64,000 nucleotides of DNA from an archaeon (GCA_018653485.1 JABHZE010000001.1:68603-132602), one strand, 5' to 3'; shown: positions 27,613-36,385, counted from the stretch's first letter. The notes: a model not told the origin generated them from the letters alone. Numbers and translations are program-made.

Positions 27613-27804
27613 TCACTTCCCCATCAACTCTTTTTGATTCAACCATATCATAAACACAGCACCTAAAAACCAAATCCAATCAACAAAAATCCCCAATCCA
27701 ACAAATCCTAAAGCAATCAAACTATATCCAACAACTCTCCAATTAACCTTTTTAATGTTTTTATTTTCAGATTCCTTCCCAGACTTTAATTTCTTCTCTA
27801 CCAT
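27613..27804 (-). CDS. Small membrane protein (63 aa)
   Basis: Basic N-terminus followed by a hydrophobic hairpin (VVGYSLIALGFVGLGIFVDWIWFLGAVFMIWL). Confidence 0.5.
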   Translation of the reverse strand: MVEKKLKSGKESENKNIKKVNWRVVGYSLIALGFVGLGIFVDWIWFLGAVFMIWLNQKELMGK

Positions 27805-27895
27805 AAAATACTAAGAACAAAAGACTTTTTAGAGGTTTCTAAAATCAACTTTAATGAACTCCCTTTTAACAATGCTTTAATCAATAGAAATTTTT

Positions 27896-27984
27896 ATTTT
27901 TCTCCCCCTATCTTCAAAATCTCTAAAAGATTTTGAATGAGTCAGAGAAAAAGAACCTTTTTTCTCTGAATTAATAAGGGAGAA
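27896..27984. repeat. Nested-hairpin intergenic repeat, copy A
   Basis: Outer arms TTCTCCCCCTAT / ATAAGGGAGAA enclose hairpin 1 (TTCAAAATC-tctaaaa-GATTTTGAA, 27913-27937) and hairpin 2 (TCAGAGAAAAA-gaacct-TTTTTCTCTGA, 27942-27969). Near-identical to copy B at 41985-42073. Confidence 0.75.
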
Positions 27985-28033
27985 CAAATTAAAATAGTCA
28001 AAGGTACAATCAAATTAATCCAAAAACATCCAT

Positions 28034-30427
28034 CTAACTCAAATCATAATCCCAAAAAACAACTTCCCCAGTAATACCTGCATCCCCACCACCATCACTA
28101 GAACTTGAATCATCACTACTTCCATCATCTGAAGAACTATCTGAATCATCTCCCCCACTCTCAACAACATTATCAACAACCACATCACTAGAACCACTAT
28201 CATCTGAAGAACTATCTGAATCATCTCCACCATCCTCAACAACTACATCACTAGAACCACTATCTATTGAATCACCCTCATCATTATCCACAACCCAACC
28301 CTCATCCCCACCATCAGAATCTACTGAATTATCATAATAACATTCACATCTATTATTCACACAATTAGTTCCAGAAGAACCAGGACATTTACTAGCACAA
28401 TCATCACAACCACTTTCAGAACCATCATAATCTCCTCCCTCAGAACCGCCCTCATAATCAAACCTACATTTACATTCACCATATGAAAAATCCCATGCAC
28501 CACCCTGACTATGACATCTATCTGCACACTCTCTTTCTCTCTGTTTAATATCTTCAAAATCCATTTTTCCCTGTGAAAAATCAATACACCTTGCATCTAT
28601 AACACATTCATAACCATCACCAGAATCACCATAAATAGGTTCATCACCTGCATGCTGTCCAAACTTATTTCTACACTCTTCTTTTTTTCTTCTCCAATCA
28701 TCATCATTCATACAATTTCCCTTATAATCATCTCCAAATCCTCCCCTCTCACTTTTAGCCATAGAACCTTTATTATCATAACATTCTAATCTTTCCATTG
28801 GTTCTTGAATTGAATTACAATCCATACCAGGGCCTCTATCATCAAAATGCTCATCCCTTCTATCTCCACCAAAACTCTTACAATCTTCAGGATTAGTAAT
28901 TCCTTGTTCAATACATTCAGGAGCATGAAGTTCCATCATTATCCTATCACAAATTCCTCTACATTCTCTTTCACTATCACAATTAGAATCTAATAAAGCT
29001 TGTTTACACTCTTTAGGAGCATTTGTTTCAATCATAACTCTTCCACATTCCTTAGGATTTGTAACACCTGCTTCAACACACTCTCTAGGCATATGCATTT
29101 CATATTGTGATTCTTTCATTTCCATTTCATCAAAGATTTCTTGCAAATAAGGAGGTAATTCAGGCATATCTAAATCATCAAGTTTTTCACAAGCTCTTTC
29201 ATCGCCTTCAATATCACAAGCAACAGCTAATGGTGCTGCTTGAGAACAAGCATCTGCAAAATCAGTAAAAGGAATTTCTTCACATCTGCAAGTTTGCCCA
29301 GAAGTTTTAAAACATTCTTTCATAACCCCTACAAATTTTTTAGCTATCTCTTTTTGTTCTCCTGTTAATTTTTTATTTAATTTTTTCTGCCAATCAGCAG
29401 AATCATCATCAGTTTTACAAACACGAGAATATTCTATTGGAGAAGATTCAGCTAGTAAAGAACAAAGTTCTTTAATTTTAGAAGAAATCTCAACAGAAGT
29501 TAATAACTCTCCTTCTTTTTCAATAATATTATCATAAAAATCTTCTCTTTCATCTTCAGGAATCATATCTTTAATTTCCTTTAATGCCTTTCTAATTGCA
29601 AAAGCACTTCTTCTTGCTTCTTCTCTTTTTTCAGGATCAGAATTTTTCTCAAATTCTTCAGCATGTTTCATATATTTTTCTAATGCACTTCTAGCCGCAC
29701 CATAATTTCCTTTCTCAATCATTGCTTTAATCTCTGCTATTTTCTCTTCTTTGTTTCCAATTGAATCACCACCACTAAATAAATTATCAAGAAAATAAAA
29801 AGGACTATCAGGAGTTATTCCAGCACTTACAATCTCTTCATCCCCATATTCTTCTTCTAATTCATCAAAATCATCACAAACCCATTCACAATCACAATCA
29901 GGATAACTTCCAAAAGCTTTCATATCTCCAGAACAAGAAGGCATTATAACCGAAGCCTTATCAAAACAAGTTTGCTCACAATCTCCATTTCCCTTTTTAT
30001 CAAAACCATATTCACTTTTACATTTTCCAATACATCTACTCCTACATTCTTCATCATTGCAAACCTTCTTACAATTATTTCCACAACCTTCCAAATCTCT
30101 AAATACTTTATCTTTATCCCTCCCATTAAAATCATCTTTATCTTCAGAATTTATCCCATTCGCACTCTCACACTCCTCACGAGTAGAATAATCGTAAGGA
30201 TTATCACAACCACTTGTCTCTTCTAACTTACAAGCATTAGCATCACTATAATAAACATAGCCACTAAAAAAAGCATTACATGTTTGTGTATCAATATCTG
30301 TAGCATCATTATCAATGATTCCTTCATTAGCACCAGTATCTTGAGCAACAATTAAACTAACACCTAAAACTAAAAAAATAAATACAAATACAAAACTAAC
30401 ATACACTCTTTTTAACATCTTTTTCAT
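28034..30427 (-). CDS. Large secreted Cys-rich acidic protein with a Ser/Asp-rich repeat tail
   Basis: 797 aa. Signal peptide VSFVFVFIFLVLGVSLIVAQD and dozens of Cys in CxxxC/CxC spacings (CGNNCKKVCNDEECRSRCIGKC; CDCEWVC). The C-terminus has repeated GGDDSDSSSDD-SSDVVV units. Confidence 0.7.
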   Translation of the reverse strand: MKKMLKRVYVSFVFVFIFLVLGVSLIVAQDTGANEGIIDNDATDIDTQTCNAFFSGYVYYSDANACKLEETSGCDNPYDYSTREECESANGINSEDKDDFNGRDKDKVFRDLEGCGNNCKKVCNDEECRSRCIGKCKSEYGFDKKGNGDCEQTCFDKASVIMPSCSGDMKAFGSYPDCDCEWVCDDFDELEEEYGDEEIVSAGITPDSPFYFLDNLFSGGDSIGNKEEKIAEIKAMIEKGNYGAARSALEKYMKHAEEFEKNSDPEKREEARRSAFAIRKALKEIKDMIPEDEREDFYDNIIEKEGELLTSVEISSKIKELCSLLAESSPIEYSRVCKTDDDSADWQKKLNKKLTGEQKEIAKKFVGVMKECFKTSGQTCRCEEIPFTDFADACSQAAPLAVACDIEGDERACEKLDDLDMPELPPYLQEIFDEMEMKESQYEMHMPRECVEAGVTNPKECGRVMIETNAPKECKQALLDSNCDSERECRGICDRIMMELHAPECIEQGITNPEDCKSFGGDRRDEHFDDRGPGMDCNSIQEPMERLECYDNKGSMAKSERGGFGDDYKGNCMNDDDWRRKKEECRNKFGQHAGDEPIYGDSGDGYECVIDARCIDFSQGKMDFEDIKQRERECADRCHSQGGAWDFSYGECKCRFDYEGGSEGGDYDGSESGCDDCASKCPGSSGTNCVNNRCECYYDNSVDSDGGDEGWVVDNDEGDSIDSGSSDVVVEDGGDDSDSSSDDSGSSDVVVDNVVESGGDDSDSSSDDGSSDDSSSSDGGGDAGITGEVVFWDYDLS
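28124..28261 (-). repeat. In-frame tandem repeat (75-nt unit plus a shortened second unit) inside the Cys-rich protein gene
   Basis: ATCATCTGAAGAACTATCTGAATCATCTCC... recurs at 28124 and 28199. It encodes the duplicated DDSDSSSDD...SSDVVV segment. Confidence 0.7.
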
Positions 30428-30515
30428 AAGTCAAAACTCTTTATATATGTTTTGTCTTCGGGAAAACAATAACAAATATTATCATTACATTCTTGTCCAA
30501 CTAAACTCACAAAAC

Positions 30516-31073
30516 TCAATCCTTCTCAAAACGTCCCACCCAACATTTCCCTCTTTCTTCAATCTCACGCTTATAATCCTCAACAACCTCATCAAGAGAA
30601 CATCCATGCAATTCTATCCTATCAAATCTTGCACCTTTCATCAACCTTTCAACAAAAGGAAGCACACCTTCAAGAAATTCCAAATACTCTCTAGATTCTA
30701 ATTGTTTTTTCATAGCATCATACTTTGATTTAGGAAATCCTGCATCTCTAACAAATGGATCAACTAGTTCCCTATCTAATCCCTGAAAAACACACTTCAT
30801 TAATTCAACTGCAGGACTACCAGTTCCAATAACTATTCTATTAGGCTCTGATTTTAAAAATCTTTTTAACTCCTCAGGTTTTACTTTATGAACTTCCCTA
30901 GTTATTACTAAACATTCCCCAGGTGGAGGCCCTCCACAATAAGCATAACAATAATCAGAACCTTCCCAGATTTGTGCTTCATATCTTTTCATTCTTTCTA
31001 ATTTATCCATTTTATCCATTTTACTTATTTTATTAATCCGATTAATAAATCTACTCCAATATTTAAAATCCAT
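30516..31073 (-). CDS. Hypothetical protein
   Basis: About 185-aa ORF. The first ATG is at 31073 (the track start at 31076 is TTG). No motif recognised; the true start could be further in (MDKMDKLERM). Confidence 0.5.
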   Translation of the reverse strand: MDFKYWSRFINRINKISKMDKMDKLERMKRYEAQIWEGSDYCYAYCGGPPPGECLVITREVHKVKPEELKRFLKSEPNRIVIGTGSPAVELMKCVFQGLDRELVDPFVRDAGFPKSKYDAMKKQLESREYLEFLEGVLPFVERLMKGARFDRIELHGCSLDEVVEDYKREIEERGKCWVGRFEKD

Positions 31074-31132
31074 CAATATTCAAAATATATCTTTTAATTA
31101 AGTAGTTTTTTAAACATTTAATTCCTAATAAT

Positions 31133-31687
31133 ATGAAGATGGTGAGAAAAGAAAATATTAGTATTATTGAAAAAAAAGAAAGACAAAAAGGAAACGGATT
31201 TATTGCATTAATCGTTTCTATTTTATTAATATCAATAATTTTATTATTAGTTGTAGGATTTAAATTAAGAGGATATTCTCTAGGATGGAGTATTGCAGGA
31301 ATTTTATTATTTTATATAGTAGTTTTATCATTTTTGTTTGAACCTAAAACAATTAGGGAAACAATTAAAACAATTGTAGAAACTATTGAAAAACCAATAA
31401 GAGTTCCATTTGTTAAAACAATAGAAAAACCAGTTATAAAAATAAAAGAAGTAGAAAAACCAATATTTATAGAACCTAAAAAGAAAAAAGAATTTAATTA
31501 TGTTGCATCAACTGAAACAAAGACTTATCATGAAAATGATTGCAGATTTAGTAAACTAATCAAGAAAAATTATAAATTAATGGATGATGAAGAAGTTTAT
31601 TTTAAAAGATTAAAATATACTCCATGTAAGTCTTGCATTAAAAAAATAATTGTTAAGAAAGGTAAACACAAAAAATCTAAAAAATAA
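31133..31687 (+). CDS. Membrane protein with a C-terminal Ada-like (sunset-type) metal-binding motif
   Basis: 184 aa, two TM helices, repeated (I)EKP(I/V) units. C-terminal YHENDCRFSKLIKKNYKLMDDEEVYFKRLKYTPCKSC matches the YH-x2-C...PC-x2-C Ada-like zinc motif. Confidence 0.55.
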   Translation: MKMVRKENISIIEKKERQKGNGFIALIVSILLISIILLLVVGFKLRGYSLGWSIAGILLFYIVVLSFLFEPKTIRETIKTIVETIEKPIRVPFVKTIEKPVIKIKEVEKPIFIEPKKKKEFNYVASTETKTYHENDCRFSKLIKKNYKLMDDEEVYFKRLKYTPCKSCIKKIIVKKGKHKKSKK

Positions 31688-31689
31688 TC

Positions 31690-33057
31690 CTAATGCAAAA
31701 AATGCAATGGATTTCCTTGTTTATAATAATCTTCTAAAGCAAGACACCCTCTAACCATTTCAATTCCTTTATCCTCACAACTCCCACATAACTTTCCTTT
31801 TGATGCCTCTCTAACTTTTTTAAAAATAGGATTATTTTGCCAAACATCTAATAAAAAATTAGGATTTCTAAGAAATTCAGGATTATTAACATTAGCTGTA
31901 GGAATAAGTTCATCAGGGATAAAAATACACGCATCAATTAAACCATTATTATTAACCCCCATACTATATCTTCCTGCATTACAATGAGTATTCAAAGCTT
32001 GACACGGCTTTGCATCTAAATAATCCAATTTCCTATAACTTTTATTTACCCATGCTTTAATGCCATGCCTTTTAATATAAGGATGATTCAAAAATCTATC
32101 TAAAACAGATTTAACTTTCCCACTTTCAAAATCTTCATAAGGAATCATTAAATCATTTTCTAATGCCCCTCCTTTTGGCCTACAAATTGAAATATCAATT
32201 CCACTAGCACCATTTGCTAAAGCAATATCAAACATTTCATCAATAACTCTCTCATCATTATTATATCTACTATGAACTAAATTCATTTTAACAGGATAAC
32301 CAATATCTCTAAACATTCTTATAGCCTCAATAGCAGGCTCATAAGTTTCAGGCCTCTGAATATCATTAATTCTTTTAGGCCCATCTAAACTTACTTTAAC
32401 TTTAACTCCTAAATCTCTAACTCTTTCAGCCCATTCTCTTTTCAAACCAACTCCACTTATAGCAGTTGAAGCATGAACACCACTCTTAATCGCTTTTTCT
32501 GCAAACTCAAAATATAAGGGATAAAAAGAAAGTTCACAACCACCTAAATTTAACCAGAAAAAAGGCAAATTAAGTATTTGATCTAAAGCTTCTCTTGCAA
32601 CTTTATCCTCTAAAGTTGCACTAGATAACTCATCTGCAAAACAAGTAAGACATTTATTTGGACATTTTCCAGAAGGATTAAAAAAGAATTTTACAGGAGA
32701 AGATAAAGCATCTTCCACTGGAGGCAACCAATAAGATTTTAATCTTTTCTCATCACAAATTACTCCAGACATCATTAAATAATCCACTATCTCTTCATCT
32801 CTTTCTTGAGGATGTGAATTTTCTTGAAAAATACTATCTAAACGAGCTACACTATTAACATCTGCAATAAGTCTATCATGATTAATATCTGAATCATAAA
32901 GCAACCAAAAATCCGCAGGCCTATTTCTAACACCATTTGGAATATGTTCCCTTCTTAATTTTAATTCAATATCTTTTTGAACTTTAGAATCAAAACCTAA
33001 ATTATGGATTAATTTCGGTGATATATTTTCTATTATTGGAAGTGTAGTTTGTAACAT
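31690..33057 (-). CDS. Radical SAM enzyme with a SPASM-type C-terminal domain and a ~125-aa N-terminal extension
   Basis: 455 aa. CPNKCLTC is a CX3CX2C cluster motif. C-terminal CNAGRYSMGVNNNGLIDAC and CGSCEDKGIEMVRGC resemble SPASM auxiliary-cluster motifs. Confidence 0.75.
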   Translation of the reverse strand: MLQTTLPIIENISPKLIHNLGFDSKVQKDIELKLRREHIPNGVRNRPADFWLLYDSDINHDRLIADVNSVARLDSIFQENSHPQERDEEIVDYLMMSGVICDEKRLKSYWLPPVEDALSSPVKFFFNPSGKCPNKCLTCFADELSSATLEDKVAREALDQILNLPFFWLNLGGCELSFYPLYFEFAEKAIKSGVHASTAISGVGLKREWAERVRDLGVKVKVSLDGPKRINDIQRPETYEPAIEAIRMFRDIGYPVKMNLVHSRYNNDERVIDEMFDIALANGASGIDISICRPKGGALENDLMIPYEDFESGKVKSVLDRFLNHPYIKRHGIKAWVNKSYRKLDYLDAKPCQALNTHCNAGRYSMGVNNNGLIDACIFIPDELIPTANVNNPEFLRNPNFLLDVWQNNPIFKKVREASKGKLCGSCEDKGIEMVRGCLALEDYYKQGNPLHFLH

Positions 33058-33078
33058 TTTATATTTAATTGATTTATA

Positions 33079-33702
33079 TTAATTTCTCCCAGGGAGAATT
33101 TTTTCTACCTGCCCTTCAGAACCTAAAGAAAGAAGACCCTTTTCTAATGCCTCATTAACAAGTTCTAAATTTTCTCTAGGAGTAGGATCTTTAGTTAATT
33201 CTAATGATTTCTCTAAATATTCTTTTGCACTCATTAAAAAATCCCTATTTGAATCCCTTTTTGCTTTATTAAAAAAAAGAAGGCCTAAGCTATTATAAGA
33301 TTGTGCAAAACAGATTTTTCTTCCATCATCACCCCCTTGAACAAAAAAATCAGGTATAGAATCAATTGCATTCTCAGCTTCTTGTATTGCTAAATCAAGA
33401 TTCCCTCTTCTAACATGAACCTCACTCAATTCCACATGGTTCATATAAGCCATTTTTCTCTCTACATCTAATTCTAAAGATAATCTATATTTTTCTTCTG
33501 CACTATCTAAATCTCCTTTTAAATAATGGCAAATTCCTAAATTATGATGTGCAGTAAAATTATCAGGATCTTTTTCAATTTCTTGTTGAAATTCCCATAT
33601 CTTAGAACTTAAATCTCCAACCATAACTAAAATTAAAGAAATTAATATAAAAACCTTATCTTTATCCTCCTTTATCCTACCTTTTTTTAAAAAACATCCC
33701 AT
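33079..33702 (-). CDS. TPR-repeat protein, upstream partner of the radical SAM gene
   Basis: Repeated A-x-Y/F...G-x-L-x-x-A TPR-like units (HHNLGICHYLKGDLDSAEEKY; EVHVRRGNLDLAIQEAENA; NSLGLLFFNKAK). 21-nt gap to the rSAM gene. An alternative leaderless start is the ATG at 33624, with a TATA-like box at 33644-33653. Confidence 0.6.
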   Translation of the reverse strand: MGCFLKKGRIKEDKDKVFILISLILVMVGDLSSKIWEFQQEIEKDPDNFTAHHNLGICHYLKGDLDSAEEKYRLSLELDVERKMAYMNHVELSEVHVRRGNLDLAIQEAENAIDSIPDFFVQGGDDGRKICFAQSYNSLGLLFFNKAKRDSNRDFLMSAKEYLEKSLELTKDPTPRENLELVNEALEKGLLSLGSEGQVEKILPGRN

Positions 33703-33826
33703 CCATCACCATAACAATAATCAAAAATCACCTTCGATAAAAATCTAAAAACTAATCTACAAACCAAATATACTACTTTATCCTACCAAGGTAAGATTTA
33801 TATAGATATGCCCCAAGTTATAATAA

Positions 33827-34657
33827 ATGAAGAAAAAAATATCAGTTACAATTAGTGATAAAATATTAAGGGATATTGATTCTATAGTTGATAATATTTT
33901 AATTAGAAATCGTTCTCAAGCAATAGAATATCTTATTGAAAAATCATTAAATGAATCTAAAACAGCAGTTATTCTTGCAGGAGAAAGCAAAATGCTTTCA
34001 AGAAAAAAATCAAAAAAAAGATATGCCTTGAAAATTAATCAACAAACTTTAATAGAAAAAATAGCAAGAAAATTATCTGATTCAGGTTTTAAAAAAATTT
34101 ACATAATAGCAGACCATAACACTTCTACAAATATTTTTAAAATAATTGGAAATGGTTCTAATTATAATGCAAAAATAGAATACATAGATGAAGAAGTTCA
34201 AGAAGGAACAGCTTCTGCATTAAAAAAATTAAAAGGAAAAATCCAAACAACATTTTTAGTAGTTCAATGTGATTTAGTCTTAGATAAACTAAATTTTAAA
34301 GAATTATGGCAACAACATCTCCAAGATAAAAGTATATGTACACTTTTAGTTTCAAGTTCAATTATACCACAAAAAAATCAAAATTTTGGACAAATCACTC
34401 TTGATGGAAAAAAAGTTTTAAGTTATAATGAAAGACCCATCCCAAAAAAACTTACCTCTTCTTTATTTTTCTGGGGAGTTTTCTTAGCAGAACCAGAATT
34501 ATTAAGCTATCCTGGAAAAAGTTTAGAGTATGACATATTCCCAGGATTAGCAAAAAGAAGATTATTAAGCGGAATAGTAACTAACATCCCACACTTACAC
34601 GCACATACTCCAACAGATCTAATAGAAATAAAAAAAATTCTTAGAAGATTGGATTAA
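33827..34657 (+). CDS. Ribbon-helix-helix domain fused to a sugar-phosphate nucleotidyltransferase-like domain
   Basis: 276 aa. The N-terminus KISVTISDKILRDIDSIVDNILIRNRSQAIEYLIEKSL is RHH/CopG-like. The remainder looks like an NTP-transferase fold (AVILAGES..., IYIIADHN, EEVQEGTASAL), but the G-x-G-x-R loop is degenerate. Confidence 0.5.
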   Translation: MKKKISVTISDKILRDIDSIVDNILIRNRSQAIEYLIEKSLNESKTAVILAGESKMLSRKKSKKRYALKINQQTLIEKIARKLSDSGFKKIYIIADHNTSTNIFKIIGNGSNYNAKIEYIDEEVQEGTASALKKLKGKIQTTFLVVQCDLVLDKLNFKELWQQHLQDKSICTLLVSSSIIPQKNQNFGQITLDGKKVLSYNERPIPKKLTSSLFFWGVFLAEPELLSYPGKSLEYDIFPGLAKRRLLSGIVTNIPHLHAHTPTDLIEIKKILRRLD

Positions 34658-34695
34658 CACAAAATTTTAAATACTATAGCTATCTATAGGTAACT

Positions 34696-34965
34696 ATGGT
34701 AACAACAATTCAAATTGATGAAAATCTTAAACAAAGATTAGATGAATTAAAAATTCATCACAGAGAAAGTTACAATGCATTATTACAAAGAGTTCTTGAA
34801 AATTGCACCCTTGATTCTATAGATAATGAGAGTTTAATTGCAACAATAGAAGTTTTATCAGATCCTAATTTAATGAAAGGAATAAAAGAAGCATTAGAAA
34901 GAATCGAATCAGGAGATTATGGGACTCCCTTAGAAGATGTAAAAAAAGAATTAGGTATAGATTAA
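34696..34965 (+). CDS. Type II antitoxin (RHH-like N-terminus)
   Basis: 89 aa, located immediately upstream of the RelE/ParE toxin with its stop 1 nt before the toxin ATG. N-terminus TIQIDENLKQRLDELK is RHH-like. Confidence 0.6.
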   Translation: MVTTIQIDENLKQRLDELKIHHRESYNALLQRVLENCTLDSIDNESLIATIEVLSDPNLMKGIKEALERIESGDYGTPLEDVKKELGID

Positions 34966-34966
34966 A

Positions 34967-35218
34967 ATGTATCAAATTAATTTAGATAAAACTGCTAAAA
35001 AATTTCTTAAAAAACTTAAAAGAGCTGAACAAGAATATTTATCAAAAAAACTAGAAAAACTTAAGGATAATCCTTATTTAGGAAAACGCTTAGCAGGAAA
35101 TCTATTTGGATTATGGAAATTAAGAATAGATAAATATCGAATTCTCTATAAGATTATTAATAATAAATTGATTATTGTAATTGTAGAAATAGGCCATAGA
35201 AAAAATATCTACAAATAA
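34967..35218 (+). CDS. RelE/ParE-family type II toxin
   Basis: 83 aa. KFLKKL...KKLEKLKDNPYLGKRLAGNLFGLWKLRIDKYRILYKIINNKLIIVIVEIGHRKNIY is the canonical RelE/ParE pattern. Confidence 0.75.
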   Translation: MYQINLDKTAKKFLKKLKRAEQEYLSKKLEKLKDNPYLGKRLAGNLFGLWKLRIDKYRILYKIINNKLIIVIVEIGHRKNIYK

Positions 35219-35317
35219 TCTTCTTCTTAACACATTTCCCAAACCCCAAAACACTTAAATACTAATATATCTATCTATATCTATAAATATCTAAAGATAT
35301 ACTAGCAAAGAAACAAA

Positions 35318-35608
35318 ATGCCTCAACAAATTGCAACTCCTAACACTAAAGCAACAAATCAAATACCAAACAGAAAAATAATTCTAACAATACCAGAACC
35401 AATGGTTAAGATCCTATTAAAAGAAAAAGAAAAATACATCTATAATAGCATCCAAGAAATCATCTTAGAAACATTAAGAAACAAGTATGTAAAAAGTAAT
35501 TCTAATTCAAGAACAAAGCGAGGCAGACCCAAAAAAACAAATCCTGAAGATGTTCTAAGCAGAAGAAACATATTTGTCAAAAAGGGCGGAGATGTTGTGG
35601 ATGTGTAA
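35318..35608 (+). CDS. Small RHH-like DNA-binding protein with an AT-hook-like KRGRPKK
   Basis: 96 aa. ILTIPEPMVKILLKEKEKYIYNSIQEIILETL is RHH-like, followed by RTKRGRPKK. Confidence 0.4.
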   Translation: MPQQIATPNTKATNQIPNRKIILTIPEPMVKILLKEKEKYIYNSIQEIILETLRNKYVKSNSNSRTKRGRPKKTNPEDVLSRRNIFVKKGGDVVDV

Positions 35609-35762
35609 TAGTCTTTAAAACTATTTTTCATCATTATATTTTCTAAAATATTTTATATCTAAATAACTAATAAAACAATTCTCAATAAATTTACTCATCT
35701 CTCAAATTATCAGAACATACCGCCCATAATCTAAAAAGAATTTAGACATTTTCAGAATCGTA

Positions 35763-35795
35763 GTAATTTGGGTTAGACTTGTCTTTCCAAATTAC
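35763..35795 (-). terminator. 9-bp stem hairpin downstream of the membrane-protein operon
   Basis: GTAATTTGG (35763-35771) pairs with CCAAATTAC (35787-35795) around a 15-nt loop. It lies about 26 nt past the stop at 35821 on the minus strand. Its role as a terminator is inferred only. Confidence 0.25.
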
Positions 35796-35820
35796 AATAC
35801 AAATCAAAATTAATCAAATC

Positions 35821-36096
35821 TCACTTCTTCTTAATCTTAACACTCTGCTTCATAAAAGTTTTATAATAACCTTCCATTAAATCTATTCCAGCATATCCAC
35901 CTAAGAAACTCAATACCCTTCCATAGTCCAAAACAACTCCTGAAAAAGCTCCAACAACTAAGAGGATTATAACATAAATAAAAAGACTTTTTCTATCAAA
36001 CTTTTCCTTTAACTGCATCTGTTTCAAGAAACCAACTAAAGCTCTAACACCACCCCCAATAACACCCAACCCTATAGCAATAAACAAAGCATCCAT
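35821..36096 (-). CDS. Small three-helix membrane protein, paralog 2
   Basis: 91 aa. Same length and pattern as 36098-36373 (IGxGVxGGxxRAxxGxLK ... GYxGxDxxEx(V/Y)(F/Y)K). Confidence 0.55.
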   Translation of the reverse strand: MDALFIAIGLGVIGGGVRALVGFLKQMQLKEKFDRKSLFIYVIILLVVGAFSGVVLDYGRVLSFLGGYAGIDLMEGYYKTFMKQSVKIKKK

Positions 36097-36097
36097 T

Positions 36098-36373
36098 TTA
36101 TTTTTTTACTAAAGTAAGATTCCCTCCCATTGAACCTTTGAAAACACTTTCTAAAATATCTGTTCCAACATAACCTGAAAGCGCAGCAATTTTATAATCA
36201 ATATCAAATACAAAACCTAACATTCCACCAATTAAACCAGAAACAAAAAGAGTCACAAGAAAATATCCAATATTAATTGATTTACCTTTTGTAATTGCTT
36301 TTAGCAATCCATAACAAGCACGAGCAACACCACCTAAAACACCTACTCCAATAAACATCATTATTTCTGACAT
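36098..36373 (-). CDS. Small three-helix membrane protein, paralog 1
   Basis: 91 aa. Tandem paralog with a 1-nt gap to the next gene. Confidence 0.55.
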   Translation of the reverse strand: MSEIMMFIGVGVLGGVARACYGLLKAITKGKSINIGYFLVTLFVSGLIGGMLGFVFDIDYKIAALSGYVGTDILESVFKGSMGGNLTLVKK

Positions 36374-36385
36374 AATATCACCTTT

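Noticed and set aside
27896-27984. Hammerhead-type ribozyme or riboswitch interpretation of the three-way-junction repeat
   Set aside because: The junction strands (C, TGAG, ATTAATA) do not contain the CUGAUGA/GAAA hammerhead core on either strand. I recognise no riboswitch consensus such as yybP-ykoY or crcB. Stems are conserved in sequence rather than covarying.
28039-30226. ORFs 28039-28242(-), 28357-28596(-), 29944-30135(-) and 29972-30226(+)
   Set aside because: All lie inside the 797-aa Cys-rich gene in alternative frames. Their composition (M/V/I/L-rich) is typical of off-frame translation of D/E/S/C-rich coding sequence.
31133-33826. A RiPP precursor peptide gene next to the radical SAM/SPASM gene
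   Set aside because: The flanks are 2 nt (convergent gene) and 21 nt (TPR gene). The 124-nt spacer beyond the TPR gene contains no plausible short ORF on the operon strand.
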